Assembly (NCBI RefSeq): GCF_001729965.1
Contig: NZ_JRWK01000002.1
Coordinates: forward strand, 153,654-185,653
Length of the DNA: 32,000 nt
Direction: 5' to 3'
Source of the DNA: Methanosphaera sp. WGK6
GTDB lineage: Archaea > Methanobacteriota > Methanobacteria > Methanobacteriales > Methanobacteriaceae
In this document: piece by piece, positions 8,182 through 17,568 of the stretch
How positions within the stretch are numbered: position 1 is the stretch's first letter
Layout of the letters: each line of letters opens with the position of its first letter
Notes under the pieces: generated by a model
Databases searched by the model: none
Told to the model about the DNA's origin: nothing
Seen by the model: only the letters and a program-made list of their open reading frames with translations
Made by a program: the position numbers and the translations under genes

Positions 8182-9264
8182 GTGATTGGTCAAGCAGATA
8201 TACTTATATTTTTCATAACTGTTATTGCAACAGCAATATTTACATCAGTTGTTAGAAGAGAATTGTTAGCAGCAGATATAAGGGATAATCCAATTGTATC
8301 AGAACATAGACAAAAAAGTGGAACACCTACAATGGGTGGATTTGGAATTCTCATTGGAGTTATACTAGTCTCTTTGTTCTTATTTGGCTGGTATGAAAAT
8401 AGTTATTTACTAGTAACAGCACTTATGATGCTTGTTGCTGGAATTTTTGGAATGTTTGATGATTTACTTGGTTTCAAAGTAAAAGAATATCAAAAGGTAG
8501 TTCGTAATGATGGTGAGGAACCAGTACAAATAGGTTTATTATCATTGCAACCTGGTGAAGAAGCAAGAGTTGCATCACCTAAAGCTAAAGAAGATTATGA
8601 AAAAATTGTTGAACAAGAACATAAACTTACTTTAATTGATGAGATTCCAATTAAAAGTGAAACTACTGAAACAGAAAAAATAATAACACAATTTGTAGTA
8701 GCATGTTTCTTAATTCTTCCAGGAATATTATCCACTAATATAAGTGGTATTGAAATTGGTGTTTTAATGATACCTTTAGCAATATTAGCAATAATTGGTT
8801 CTATAAATTCAATTAATTTAATTGATGGTATGGATGGATTAGCTGCAGGTATAATTGCAATTGCATCTATTGCATCAGCATTATATACTAGTGTAGTAAC
8901 AGGATCTGTTGCTTCATTACCATTTGTAGTAATTGCAGGTGCAGCAGTTGGATTTTTAGTATTAAATCATTATCCTGCAAAAATATTTATGGGGGATACG
9001 GGATCTTATGCATTAGGAACTGGGTATATGGTAGCAGCTTTATTAGGAAATTCATTAATATTTTCAATAATTTCTTTAGCAGTACCTATTATATCTGTAG
9101 TAATAAGTCTATTACATAGAGCACATATTATTACATTACCTGTAGAACCATTACATCATACTTTAAATTATCATGGAATGTCCGAGCAAAAAATTATATG
9201 TTTATATTGGGGTATTACATTAATAGTTTCAATCATTGCCTTATTTTTATTTGGCATAATATAA
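8182..9264 (+). CDS. MraY-like phospho-glycosyltransferase (glycosyl transferase family 4), putative pseudomurein lipid-intermediate synthesis
   Basis: Multiple TM segments; KSGTPTMGGFGILIGV, MFDDLLGF, NSINLIDGMDGLAAG, FMGDTGSYALG, HRAHIITLPVEPLHHTLNYHGM; GTG start after AGGGGGG. Confidence 0.88.
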   Translation: MIGQADILIFFITVIATAIFTSVVRRELLAADIRDNPIVSEHRQKSGTPTMGGFGILIGVILVSLFLFGWYENSYLLVTALMMLVAGIFGMFDDLLGFKVKEYQKVVRNDGEEPVQIGLLSLQPGEEARVASPKAKEDYEKIVEQEHKLTLIDEIPIKSETTETEKIITQFVVACFLILPGILSTNISGIEIGVLMIPLAILAIIGSINSINLIDGMDGLAAGIIAIASIASALYTSVVTGSVASLPFVVIAGAAVGFLVLNHYPAKIFMGDTGSYALGTGYMVAALLGNSLIFSIISLAVPIISVVISLLHRAHIITLPVEPLHHTLNYHGMSEQKIICLYWGITLIVSIIALFLFGII

Positions 9265-9284
9265 ATGAATTTTAAGGAGATAAA

Positions 9285-10754
9285 ATGCAATTAAATAGTA
9301 TTAACGCATCATCTTTAGCAAATATGATTGATGGTGTACTTTATGGTCCGGATATTCTTTTATCTGGAAAATATACTTTTTTGAATAAAGCTTCTAAAAA
9401 TGATATTGTTATCAGACATAAAATTGATGATAAAGGAATAAAAATTGCAAAAAATAAAGGAATTTCTTGTTTAATAACACAAAATCCTCAAAATGATGCT
9501 GTGGAAGTAGCAAAAAAATTAGAATTTCCATTAATTGTTACAACACATATTGAATATGCAACAGCATTTGCATTAAAGAATAGTGTTGATAATTATGCTT
9601 CAAATGCATTTAAAATAGCAGTAACAGGGACTAATGGTAAATCTACAACCACTCATCTTCTTTATACTATTTTTTCTGATTTTGGTTTTAATACATATAC
9701 TAATACTGATGCTGAATCTGAAGGAAATACTCTTATAGATCCAAGAGTAGCTTCAGAATTATTTGATTTTTATAAACTTGTGGATAATATTGATGTTATC
9801 ACATTGGAAGTATCTGAAGTTCAAGGATGGGAAAATAAGTTAATGAAAAATCATGCATTACAAATGATTAGTGCATTAGATTCAGAAGCAGTTATAATAA
9901 CTAATGCATCTATGGATCATATTAATTTAGTTAATAATTTTGATAATTTATTAAATGAAATATCAGGTGCTGCAACAGCAATTAATAAGAGGAATTCTCC
10001 TTCATTATTAGTATTAAATTATGAAGATGAAAATATTCGTAATATGAGTAAAATTGTTGAAAATAATGAAAATGTTGATGTAATGTTTTTTGGAAACTAT
10101 GATTCTGATAATATATTACCTATTTCTTATAAAGAAGGGAAAGGAATTTATTCATATAATGAATTATATGTTAAAGAAACTGATCTTCCATTCACATCTA
10201 TTCATTTTATACAAGATATTATGGCAGCTTTGGCTGTTTGTATATATAAACAATTAGATCAAGAAAAAGTAATAAAATCATTAAGAAATTATAAACCATT
10301 AGCAAGAAGATTTATTAAACTCAAAGAAAATCCAGTGATTATTGATGATTTTGCACATAATCCATCTGGAATAAATTTAACTATAGAAAATGGTTCAAAA
10401 TTAGGAAATAATTTATTTGTAGTAAATGCTATTAGAGGATCAAGGGGTAATGATATTAATAAAGAAATTGCTGAAGCTTTGGTGGAATCGTTAAAAGATA
10501 AATTAAATTATACATTAATTTTAACTGAAAGTGTGGATGTTGTAAATCATTTAAACACAGTTTTAGAGTCTGAACGAGAAATTTTTTTAAATATCTTGGA
10601 TGAAAATAACATTGAATATACTTTAATTGAATCATTAGAAGAATCTTTATTAAAAACAGTGAATTTAGCGAATGAAGATGATGTTATATTATTGTTAGGA
10701 GCACAAGGAATGGATCCTGCAAAGGAACTTCTAATTAAAAATAATATAATATAA
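9285..10754 (+). CDS. Mur ligase family protein (MurE-like), putative pseudomurein peptide ligase
   Basis: P-loop VTGTNGKSTTTHLL, ITNASMDHINLV, PVIIDDFAHNPSGINLTIENG. Confidence 0.85.
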   Translation: MQLNSINASSLANMIDGVLYGPDILLSGKYTFLNKASKNDIVIRHKIDDKGIKIAKNKGISCLITQNPQNDAVEVAKKLEFPLIVTTHIEYATAFALKNSVDNYASNAFKIAVTGTNGKSTTTHLLYTIFSDFGFNTYTNTDAESEGNTLIDPRVASELFDFYKLVDNIDVITLEVSEVQGWENKLMKNHALQMISALDSEAVIITNASMDHINLVNNFDNLLNEISGAATAINKRNSPSLLVLNYEDENIRNMSKIVENNENVDVMFFGNYDSDNILPISYKEGKGIYSYNELYVKETDLPFTSIHFIQDIMAALAVCIYKQLDQEKVIKSLRNYKPLARRFIKLKENPVIIDDFAHNPSGINLTIENGSKLGNNLFVVNAIRGSRGNDINKEIAEALVESLKDKLNYTLILTESVDVVNHLNTVLESEREIFLNILDENNIEYTLIESLEESLLKTVNLANEDDVILLLGAQGMDPAKELLIKNNII

Positions 10755-10776
10755 TTCCATATTTTTTTTAATTATC

Positions 10777-10877
10777 AATGTTTGCTTAAAACAAATTAAT
10801 TCATAAAAATTTTTCTTTATTTTAGAATTAAGATTTTATTCACACGTTTCAAAAGTTAATTTAAATTTTGGCAAACA
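10777..10877 (+). repeat. ~100-nt intergenic element, copy 1, with TGTTTGC/GCAAACA complementary ends
   Basis: Hand alignment to 31644-31729 is gapless over 86 nt with about 65 matches; terminal arms TGTTTGC (10779-10785) and GCAAACA (10871-10877) are perfectly complementary. Confidence 0.55.
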
Positions 10878-11300
10878 CTTATATTTTTATTGATAAATCA
10901 ATTAAATTTTCTATTTTTTGAAAAATTAAATTAAACTAATCTTTCACATACTTATTTTTATATTTTATTGGTTATTTTATCATTAGAAATATAATCCAAA
11001 TATTTTATAAATGAATTATGCTTTTTAGATAATAAATCGGGGACATCTGATTTAATATCTTGTTTAAATAAGAATATTGCTTATTATAAAAAATTAAATT
11101 ATTAGTTTTGGATGAAAACAAAACATAATCAGGTTACTATTATAATTTTTTACAGGGTCACTAATATAAATATTAAAATATTTAACTCATCAAAATAGAT
11201 ATTTAATTATGAAGAATTTTTTTGATTCATCTTTTGATTAATAATATATAATTTATGATTATAATAATAATTTTTAACATTAAATAAAGGGGTGTAGTAT

Positions 11301-12740
11301 ATGATATTTAATTCATGCCTTGTAGTAGGAGCAGGAAATGCTGGACGTCCAGTAGCCAGATTATTAAATCATCAGGGGGTAAATGTTACAATAACGGATT
11401 CAAAAACATATGATGAATTCACAACTAGACGTCAAGGAATGTTAGATATTTTGAAAAAAGAAGGTGTGGTTCTTGATTTAGGGGTTAAAACACCTGTTAT
11501 TGATGATTTTGATGCAGTATTTTTAGCACCAACAATACCTGATACAGCACCTATTCGTAAAGAAATAGAAAATCAATCTAAAATAATAGTTACGGGAAAA
11601 ACAATTAGTAATATAGTAAATGAAATAATTGATATGGATAAAATTGGAATCACTGGATCTTTTGGAAAAACCACTACAACAGACATGTTAACAAATATTT
11701 TTAAAGCTGCAGGATTTAATGTTTATCAATGTTCTTCCATGAAATGGAATTTAGTAAGTGAAGCAATTGTGGATGATATTGTAAAGGGAGAATATAAAGG
11801 TGCAGATATTGCTATACTAGAATTACCTCATGGAACTCTTGGTTTATTATCTGATCTTGATTTAAAAATTGGTGTTTTAACTAATCTTAGACCAGAACAT
11901 TTATGTGAATTTGGTGGATCTATGCAGAAATATGTTGATCGTAAAGAATGTATTTTACCTGCAAGTAATACTCTTGTTGCAAATGTTCAGTGTGGTGATT
12001 TATTAACATACAAAAGGGATGATACAATATACTTCAATTTTGAAAATGATGAAGAAGTAGATATCGAAAAATATGTTCCTATGTATGAAGGATACTATAA
12101 TGATAATCAGTATTATATTAAAGTCACACAGGATGGGAATGTAATTGAAACAAGTATTGATATTGATACAATTGCATTTTATAATTATGAAAATTTAACT
12201 GCAGCAGTTGCTACGAGTATGACTTATGGATTATCTATAGATGATGTTAAAAAAGGTATTGCATTGTTCACAGGAGTGGGTGGACGTATGGAATATCTTG
12301 GAAAATATAATGGTGTTGATGCATATTATGATGCTTCATATGGTGATCAAAGTGTAAGACAAGCTTTAGAGGCTATTAAAGATGAACATTTGATTATATT
12401 ATACAATACTGTTGATTCAACAACGGTACGTGATAAAGCTGAAAGTGGTCGTGTAATAGGTGATTATGCTAATATGGTTATAGCAACAGGTTATGTTGAG
12501 ATAACGGATACTTTGAATATGAATTCTGCAATTGAATTATTAAGTGCTATTGAAAATGATGATGTTATAAAATTAGCAGTATGTACTATTGATGAAGCTG
12601 CTGAATTAGCAATGAAATATGCAAAACCTGGTGATATAATAGTGCATCTAGGTCCTGGTGCATCTAATTCTTATGATCAAGTAAAAAATAGGATGCTTAA
12701 CGGTTTAATGGAAGGAAGTAAACGTTATGGAAATAACTAG
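11301..12740 (+). CDS. Mur ligase family protein (MurD-like), putative pseudomurein peptide ligase
   Basis: N-terminal Rossmann CLVVGAGNAGRPVARLL, P-loop ITGSFGKTTTTDML, LTNLRPEHLCEFG, GVDAYYDASYGDQSVRQAL. Confidence 0.85.
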   Translation: MIFNSCLVVGAGNAGRPVARLLNHQGVNVTITDSKTYDEFTTRRQGMLDILKKEGVVLDLGVKTPVIDDFDAVFLAPTIPDTAPIRKEIENQSKIIVTGKTISNIVNEIIDMDKIGITGSFGKTTTTDMLTNIFKAAGFNVYQCSSMKWNLVSEAIVDDIVKGEYKGADIAILELPHGTLGLLSDLDLKIGVLTNLRPEHLCEFGGSMQKYVDRKECILPASNTLVANVQCGDLLTYKRDDTIYFNFENDEEVDIEKYVPMYEGYYNDNQYYIKVTQDGNVIETSIDIDTIAFYNYENLTAAVATSMTYGLSIDDVKKGIALFTGVGGRMEYLGKYNGVDAYYDASYGDQSVRQALEAIKDEHLIILYNTVDSTTVRDKAESGRVIGDYANMVIATGYVEITDTLNMNSAIELLSAIENDDVIKLAVCTIDEAAELAMKYAKPGDIIVHLGPGASNSYDQVKNRMLNGLMEGSKRYGNN

Positions 12741-14271
12741 TATAACTAAAGATACAGTATTTGGTGTAATTGGTGTATGTGGAATTAATGGTAATCTTAT
12801 TGCTAGAATATTGATGGATCATGGTTTTAAAGTACAAGCTAATGACATGGTAAATGAAGATAAATGTAGATTTAAAAATGCTTTAGATGATTATCCTGAT
12901 ATGGATATATATTATGGTCAAATACCTGAAACATTTTTTACTACTACTGATTACATGATACTTCCAACAGCATTAATTAAATCTAATTCTAAATTATATC
13001 AAAAAGTAATAGGGTATAATATTCCTATCTTAACAGTAAAAGATATTTTGGAAATGTTTGAACCAGTACATCCTGTTATATGTATCACAGGAACTAATGG
13101 TAAAACAACTACAACTAATTTATTAAAACATATTGCTTATAGTGGTAATTTAAAGCCTTGTGAACATAATTTGGAAGGAATGCAGGGAAATGCTGCAGAT
13201 ATACCTTCATTACAATCTAGATTAAATGGTGATGTAAATATCTTGGAAACAGGTACTTTTGGATATGCTGGAAGTTTAACTAGATTAGCTAAGCCATGTA
13301 AACCGGATGTTGGATTAATAACAAATATAACTCCTGATCATTTATCAGAAAATTCTGATTTTTTAAATTATGCTAGAGTCAAAGGTGAACTTGTTGAATT
13401 ACTAAATAATAAAACACTTATTATAAACAATGATGATCCTACAATAAAAGGATTATTGAATGAATTAAAATATGATGGGGATCTTATTTCTTTCGGTATT
13501 GATTTTAAATCAACAAATACTGCTTCAAAGAAATGTTTCTGTGGTAAAGATATTGAATTAAAGGAAGTTATAGCAGGAGTAGGAAAATATAATTGTGATT
13601 GTGGTGTAGAATATAGTATGCCTGATTATCTTGTTTATAATATAAATGATGCTCATAATGAATTTATATTAAAAACTCCTGATAATGAAGAAATATTTTT
13701 TAAATTAAGTATAACTGGAATACATAATATATATAATGCAACAGGTGCTATAATTATAGCTCATGAAATATTAAATATTTCGTATGATACTATTAAAAAA
13801 GCAATATTATCGTTCACGGGTGTTTCAGGACGTATGGAATTAATAGGAGAAAGTCATGATAAAAAAATAATGGTTGATTATGCACATAATCCTGCTGGAA
13901 TAACAACAGTCATGAAAGAACTAAAAAATAGTTATAAAACAATAATCAATGTAATAACAACATCGTCCGAATCTGGATTAAATGGTGATAAACAAATACT
14001 TGATTGTTCTGCAGAATATGCTGATTATATTGTACCTGCTTCACATAATTCCTATATTTGTGCTAAAAATGCCTTGGATGATGGATTATATATGAATAAA
14101 ATTATTTTACCTGAAAATATGCCAGAAGGGGGTAAGGATGGAACATTAGGTGCAACAAAAAATCAAGTATTATGTGGATTTAAAAAAGCATTAAGTATAG
14201 ATGCTGATTTGGTGGTTTGTACTGGTGAAGCTGCATTTAAATATAAAGATATCATTAAAAATAATGAATAA
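12727..14271 (+). CDS. Mur ligase family protein (MurD/MurE/MurC-like), putative pseudomurein peptide ligase
   Basis: P-loop CITGTNGKTTTTNLLKH, ITNITPDHLSENSDF, IMVDYAHNPAGITTVMKEL; ATG overlaps the end of the previous ligase by 14 nt. Confidence 0.85.
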   Translation: MEITSITKDTVFGVIGVCGINGNLIARILMDHGFKVQANDMVNEDKCRFKNALDDYPDMDIYYGQIPETFFTTTDYMILPTALIKSNSKLYQKVIGYNIPILTVKDILEMFEPVHPVICITGTNGKTTTTNLLKHIAYSGNLKPCEHNLEGMQGNAADIPSLQSRLNGDVNILETGTFGYAGSLTRLAKPCKPDVGLITNITPDHLSENSDFLNYARVKGELVELLNNKTLIINNDDPTIKGLLNELKYDGDLISFGIDFKSTNTASKKCFCGKDIELKEVIAGVGKYNCDCGVEYSMPDYLVYNINDAHNEFILKTPDNEEIFFKLSITGIHNIYNATGAIIIAHEILNISYDTIKKAILSFTGVSGRMELIGESHDKKIMVDYAHNPAGITTVMKELKNSYKTIINVITTSSESGLNGDKQILDCSAEYADYIVPASHNSYICAKNALDDGLYMNKIILPENMPEGGKDGTLGATKNQVLCGFKKALSIDADLVVCTGEAAFKYKDIIKNNE

Positions 14272-14503
14272 TCTTTTTTAGTTTTTTTTAAGAGATTATT
14301 TGTCTGTATTTATTTACTCTTTTTTTTATTATTGTTATTATTAAATAGTATAAAATTAAAAATATAATTATAGATATATAATGTAAAATTTATTATAGGA
14401 TAATCTATTATAACATTATATTTGATTAAGAATTATACTCTTGAGTGTTCGGGTTTAAATTGGACATTTATCTAGAATTCTTAGAATATAAGAAGGTGAA
14501 ATT

Positions 14504-14980
14504 TTGTTTATAAAGATTAGGAGAGATACTTTAATTATTTTAATCTTAGCATTTGTTTTAATTTTATCTGGACGTGCAATGAGCTATGTTGCATTTGCTT
14601 CATCAAATAGTACTGATGAAGGGATTCCAATAGCAGGTGTAATGATTAAAGGTAATGATATAATTCCTACTAGTACTATAAAAGCTAATGTTGAATCAGC
14701 AGGTTTTAGGGATGGTAGTTATATCAATGGAAATACATTAATCACATCTCAAAGACAATTACTTCTAGAAGATGCTAAAAATAATGCAGAACAAATGGTT
14801 AAAAAGTCAACAATACCAGGTACTTCAATAGCACCTATAAATGCAGTGGATGTACAAGTTGATGAAAATACAGGAAATGTTGTTGTTACAGTAGTTGAAG
14901 ATTTCTCAATATTACAAACAAACGCAACAAATACAACAAATAGTTCTTTAAATTATGAAGGGACTTCTGAATCAGGATAA
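14504..14980 (+). CDS. Secreted or membrane-anchored protein of unknown function with a possible POTRA-like segment
   Basis: N-terminal hydrophobic helix LIILILAFVLILSG; then IPIAGVMIKGNDIIPTSTIKANVESAGFRDGSYINGNTL...VDVQVDENTGNVVVTVVED; Thr/Asn-rich C-terminus. Confidence 0.6.
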   Translation: MFIKIRRDTLIILILAFVLILSGRAMSYVAFASSNSTDEGIPIAGVMIKGNDIIPTSTIKANVESAGFRDGSYINGNTLITSQRQLLLEDAKNNAEQMVKKSTIPGTSIAPINAVDVQVDENTGNVVVTVVEDFSILQTNATNTTNSSLNYEGTSESG

Positions 14981-14990
14981 TGGTGGAAAT

Positions 14991-16247
14991 ATGGTTAGTA
15001 AATCTAAAGTAGCATTGTTTTTGATTATAATAATGTTGTTTTCAAGTGTAGTATCAGCAACAATGAATGTAGCAGTTATAACTGATCCTACTGGAAAGGA
15101 TCCTAATGGTTGTGCTGCAGGAAGTCAATCATTTGCGTCAAATATGTTTCAATCAACATTTATTTTTTCACAAGAACATAAAATGGCACTCCTATCAGGG
15201 GGAGAAGGTACATCTGATGTTCGTGTAACTGCAATTATAAGTGCACTTACTCAACTTCAAAATAATGGAACACCCTCTGAAGTAGTTAGTGTTGCTCAAA
15301 ATTATGAAGGAATTCGTTTAATGGCTGTAAATCCTACTCAAGGTATAGCTGTAGGTGGAGATTTTGAAGTATATGTTATTACAGTAGATAATAACAGTAC
15401 AGTTAAAGTTCAGGCAGCAAGTGGGGGTATAGCAACAGTACCTGCAGGTACTAAAGGAGCAATAATACATCTTCGTAATTCTGAAGGAAATCCAAAAGCA
15501 GGAACTGCTGATACAGTACGTTTACAAACAGCAATGAATATTGGTAAAATGATACGGGATGGATATCCAGCAACAACCATTGTTGCAGAGGCATTTGGTG
15601 AAGTAGCTAGAGATTCTGGAGAAGATCATGGTGGTGGAGCAATAAATCTTGTATCTGGAGTAACTACTGGTGATATGTTTACACCAGAACAGTTAAATGA
15701 CACGGGTTATGAAATGGAACAACCATATAGTAAAGTAAGTAGTTCTGGTTGGAGTGTAGGTTATCCTGAAGCAGATAATTATCAAGTATCTCCTGTTGAT
15801 GGAAGTCCACTCACGGTGGTTTATGCTTATGAGGCTTTGGGAAATGCGATAACAGTATCTGATGATAATCCATCTGTATCAACATATGGATCTGATGAAA
15901 AAGGAATTTCTGAAGCAACAACAAGTGTTGTTAATTATGCTGTAAGACGAAATGGTTATGATCCTGTGAAAATAGCTCAATCAATAAATAAAGCTATTGA
16001 TAGTGGATCTATTATTGGTGTGGAATATGTGGATTCAAGTGATATTAATGTTAAAGAAAACATTAAAGCAGTAGGAGTATATTATACACCTACAGCAAAT
16101 GGACGAAGTTCACCATCATGGGATTTACCGTTGGATTCATCTATATTTGATATATTGGGTAATATTCAAAGTGTAATTGGTATTTTATTAATATTGCTTG
16201 CTTTGTTTAGAAGTACATTAATTAAATCATTCTTCAGAAGAAGATAA
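14991..16247 (+). CDS. Secreted protein of unknown function, signal peptide plus C-terminal TM anchor
   Basis: ATG at 14991 after GGTGGAAAT begins MVSKSKVALFLIIIMLFSSVVSA; C-terminus SVIGILLILLALFRSTLIKSFFRRR. Confidence 0.75.
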   Translation: MVSKSKVALFLIIIMLFSSVVSATMNVAVITDPTGKDPNGCAAGSQSFASNMFQSTFIFSQEHKMALLSGGEGTSDVRVTAIISALTQLQNNGTPSEVVSVAQNYEGIRLMAVNPTQGIAVGGDFEVYVITVDNNSTVKVQAASGGIATVPAGTKGAIIHLRNSEGNPKAGTADTVRLQTAMNIGKMIRDGYPATTIVAEAFGEVARDSGEDHGGGAINLVSGVTTGDMFTPEQLNDTGYEMEQPYSKVSSSGWSVGYPEADNYQVSPVDGSPLTVVYAYEALGNAITVSDDNPSVSTYGSDEKGISEATTSVVNYAVRRNGYDPVKIAQSINKAIDSGSIIGVEYVDSSDINVKENIKAVGVYYTPTANGRSSPSWDLPLDSSIFDILGNIQSVIGILLILLALFRSTLIKSFFRRR

Positions 16248-16338
16248 TCTTCTTTTATTTTTATTTTTTTTAAACAAATAAAATTATCTAAATTTTTAGA
16301 ATTAAATAAATTATTTTATATTTGATAGGAGTTAAATA

Positions 16339-16725
16339 ATGGCATTAATCTTGATAAGAGCTATGAATAAGAAAAAAGCATTAAATGGGCTTGCTGATTT
16401 AGAACGTCATGCTAAGTTGACAATAATGGGTAAACCTAAATTAATTTCATTAGATAAAGTACATAATGTTACAAAAAGAGTTATTAAACAAGAACCACGT
16501 AATGATATTAAACTTGCAATTTTAATTAAAGTTCAAGAGGATACAACTGTAAGTATTATGAATCTAAGAAAAATTCATCCTCCTGTTCATGTTATTGTTA
16601 TTAGTGAGGAATATCCTGAGTTTACAGAGTTAAATAAGGAATTTAATAAAGCAAAAATATTCGATGGATATTATTCATTTAAAAAAAGATCTTTAAAAAA
16701 TAGTACTAATTCAAATAAAAAGTAG
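16339..16725 (+). CDS. Conserved methanogen protein, DUF356-like
   Basis: MALILIRAMNKKKALNGLADLERHAKLTIMGKPKLI...IMNLRKIHPPVHVIVIS; family assignment from recall, not searched. Confidence 0.6.
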   Translation: MALILIRAMNKKKALNGLADLERHAKLTIMGKPKLISLDKVHNVTKRVIKQEPRNDIKLAILIKVQEDTTVSIMNLRKIHPPVHVIVISEEYPEFTELNKEFNKAKIFDGYYSFKKRSLKNSTNSNKK

Positions 16726-16740
16726 GAAGTTAATAATATA

Positions 16741-17238
16741 TTAACTTCTTTTTATACGAGCAATATCTCCAATAGTTGCTTCTCTTAAACGTCCAATGTC
16801 TCTAAATTCTCGTTCATTAGACTCTATTTTTTCAACAATTTTAATACGTAATGTTTTTTCTAATTTATGTGCTAGTCTTTCATCAGGAATCATTTTTCCA
16901 GATTCAATATGTGCTATAACTGATTCTCGTTCATATATTTTTTCACCGAGTTTTTTCTGGGTAAGTTGTTGTTTTTCTCTAGCATCTTTAATTCTTTTCT
17001 GATAACCCTCAATTAATTCAAATTCTTCTTCTTGTATTCTTCTAGTATTTTGTTGAGGTCTTCTTCTAGAGTTATTGTTTTTTTGATTACTTTTATTTTT
17101 TCTATTTGTAGGACGTTGTGGTGTTTGTTGAACTTTACCATATTTTGAACATTCTTTACATGTAACCATTAAGGAATTATCAATTTTGGTTTTATAAGGT
17201 TGTCCTTTTATTTCGCTTCCACATATTTCACAGTTCAT
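16741..17238 (-). CDS. MBF1-like transcription factor (zinc ribbon plus helix-turn-helix)
   Basis: N-terminal CEICGSEIKG...CKECSKYG zinc ribbon, C-terminal HTH REKQQLTQKKLGEKIYERESVIAHIESGKMIPD. Confidence 0.9.
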   Translation of the reverse strand: MNCEICGSEIKGQPYKTKIDNSLMVTCKECSKYGKVQQTPQRPTNRKNKSNQKNNNSRRRPQQNTRRIQEEEFELIEGYQKRIKDAREKQQLTQKKLGEKIYERESVIAHIESGKMIPDERLAHKLEKTLRIKIVEKIESNEREFRDIGRLREATIGDIARIKRS

Positions 17239-17568
17239 ATTTATTCACTTAAATAAATTTTTCTATTTTGATATCTGTTTTTAATTATTTAAATAATGTT
17301 CTTGTTTTATAAGGGTGTTCTTCATTATTATTTGAATTTTTATTAATTATTTTTCTTTTTCAATATATAACGAAATAAGCATAGTGTATCAAATCAAATA
17401 ATATAATAATAATAAACTTTAAAAAAATTAATTGTAGTTATTGAAAATAAAATTAAAATATGAAAAAGTAAATTATTTGTGTTGAATAATAAAAAGAATA
17501 TATGGAATGATATAATTCAACATAATAAAATGATATTAATAAATATCTACTAAAAAGGAGGTATCTGA

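Noticed and set aside
14955-14990. Upstream start at 14955 for the secreted protein, suggesting overlap with the previous gene
   Set aside because: The ATG at 14991 directly follows a GGTGGAAAT ribosome-binding site and begins a clean signal peptide (MVSKSKVALFLIIIMLFSSVVSA), so the overlap is likely an artefact.
17239-17568. 330-nt region between the divergent MBF1-like gene and pan as a possible ncRNA locus
   Set aside because: I found no convincing box C/D motifs, long stems or ORFs; promoters for the two divergent genes are enough to explain it.
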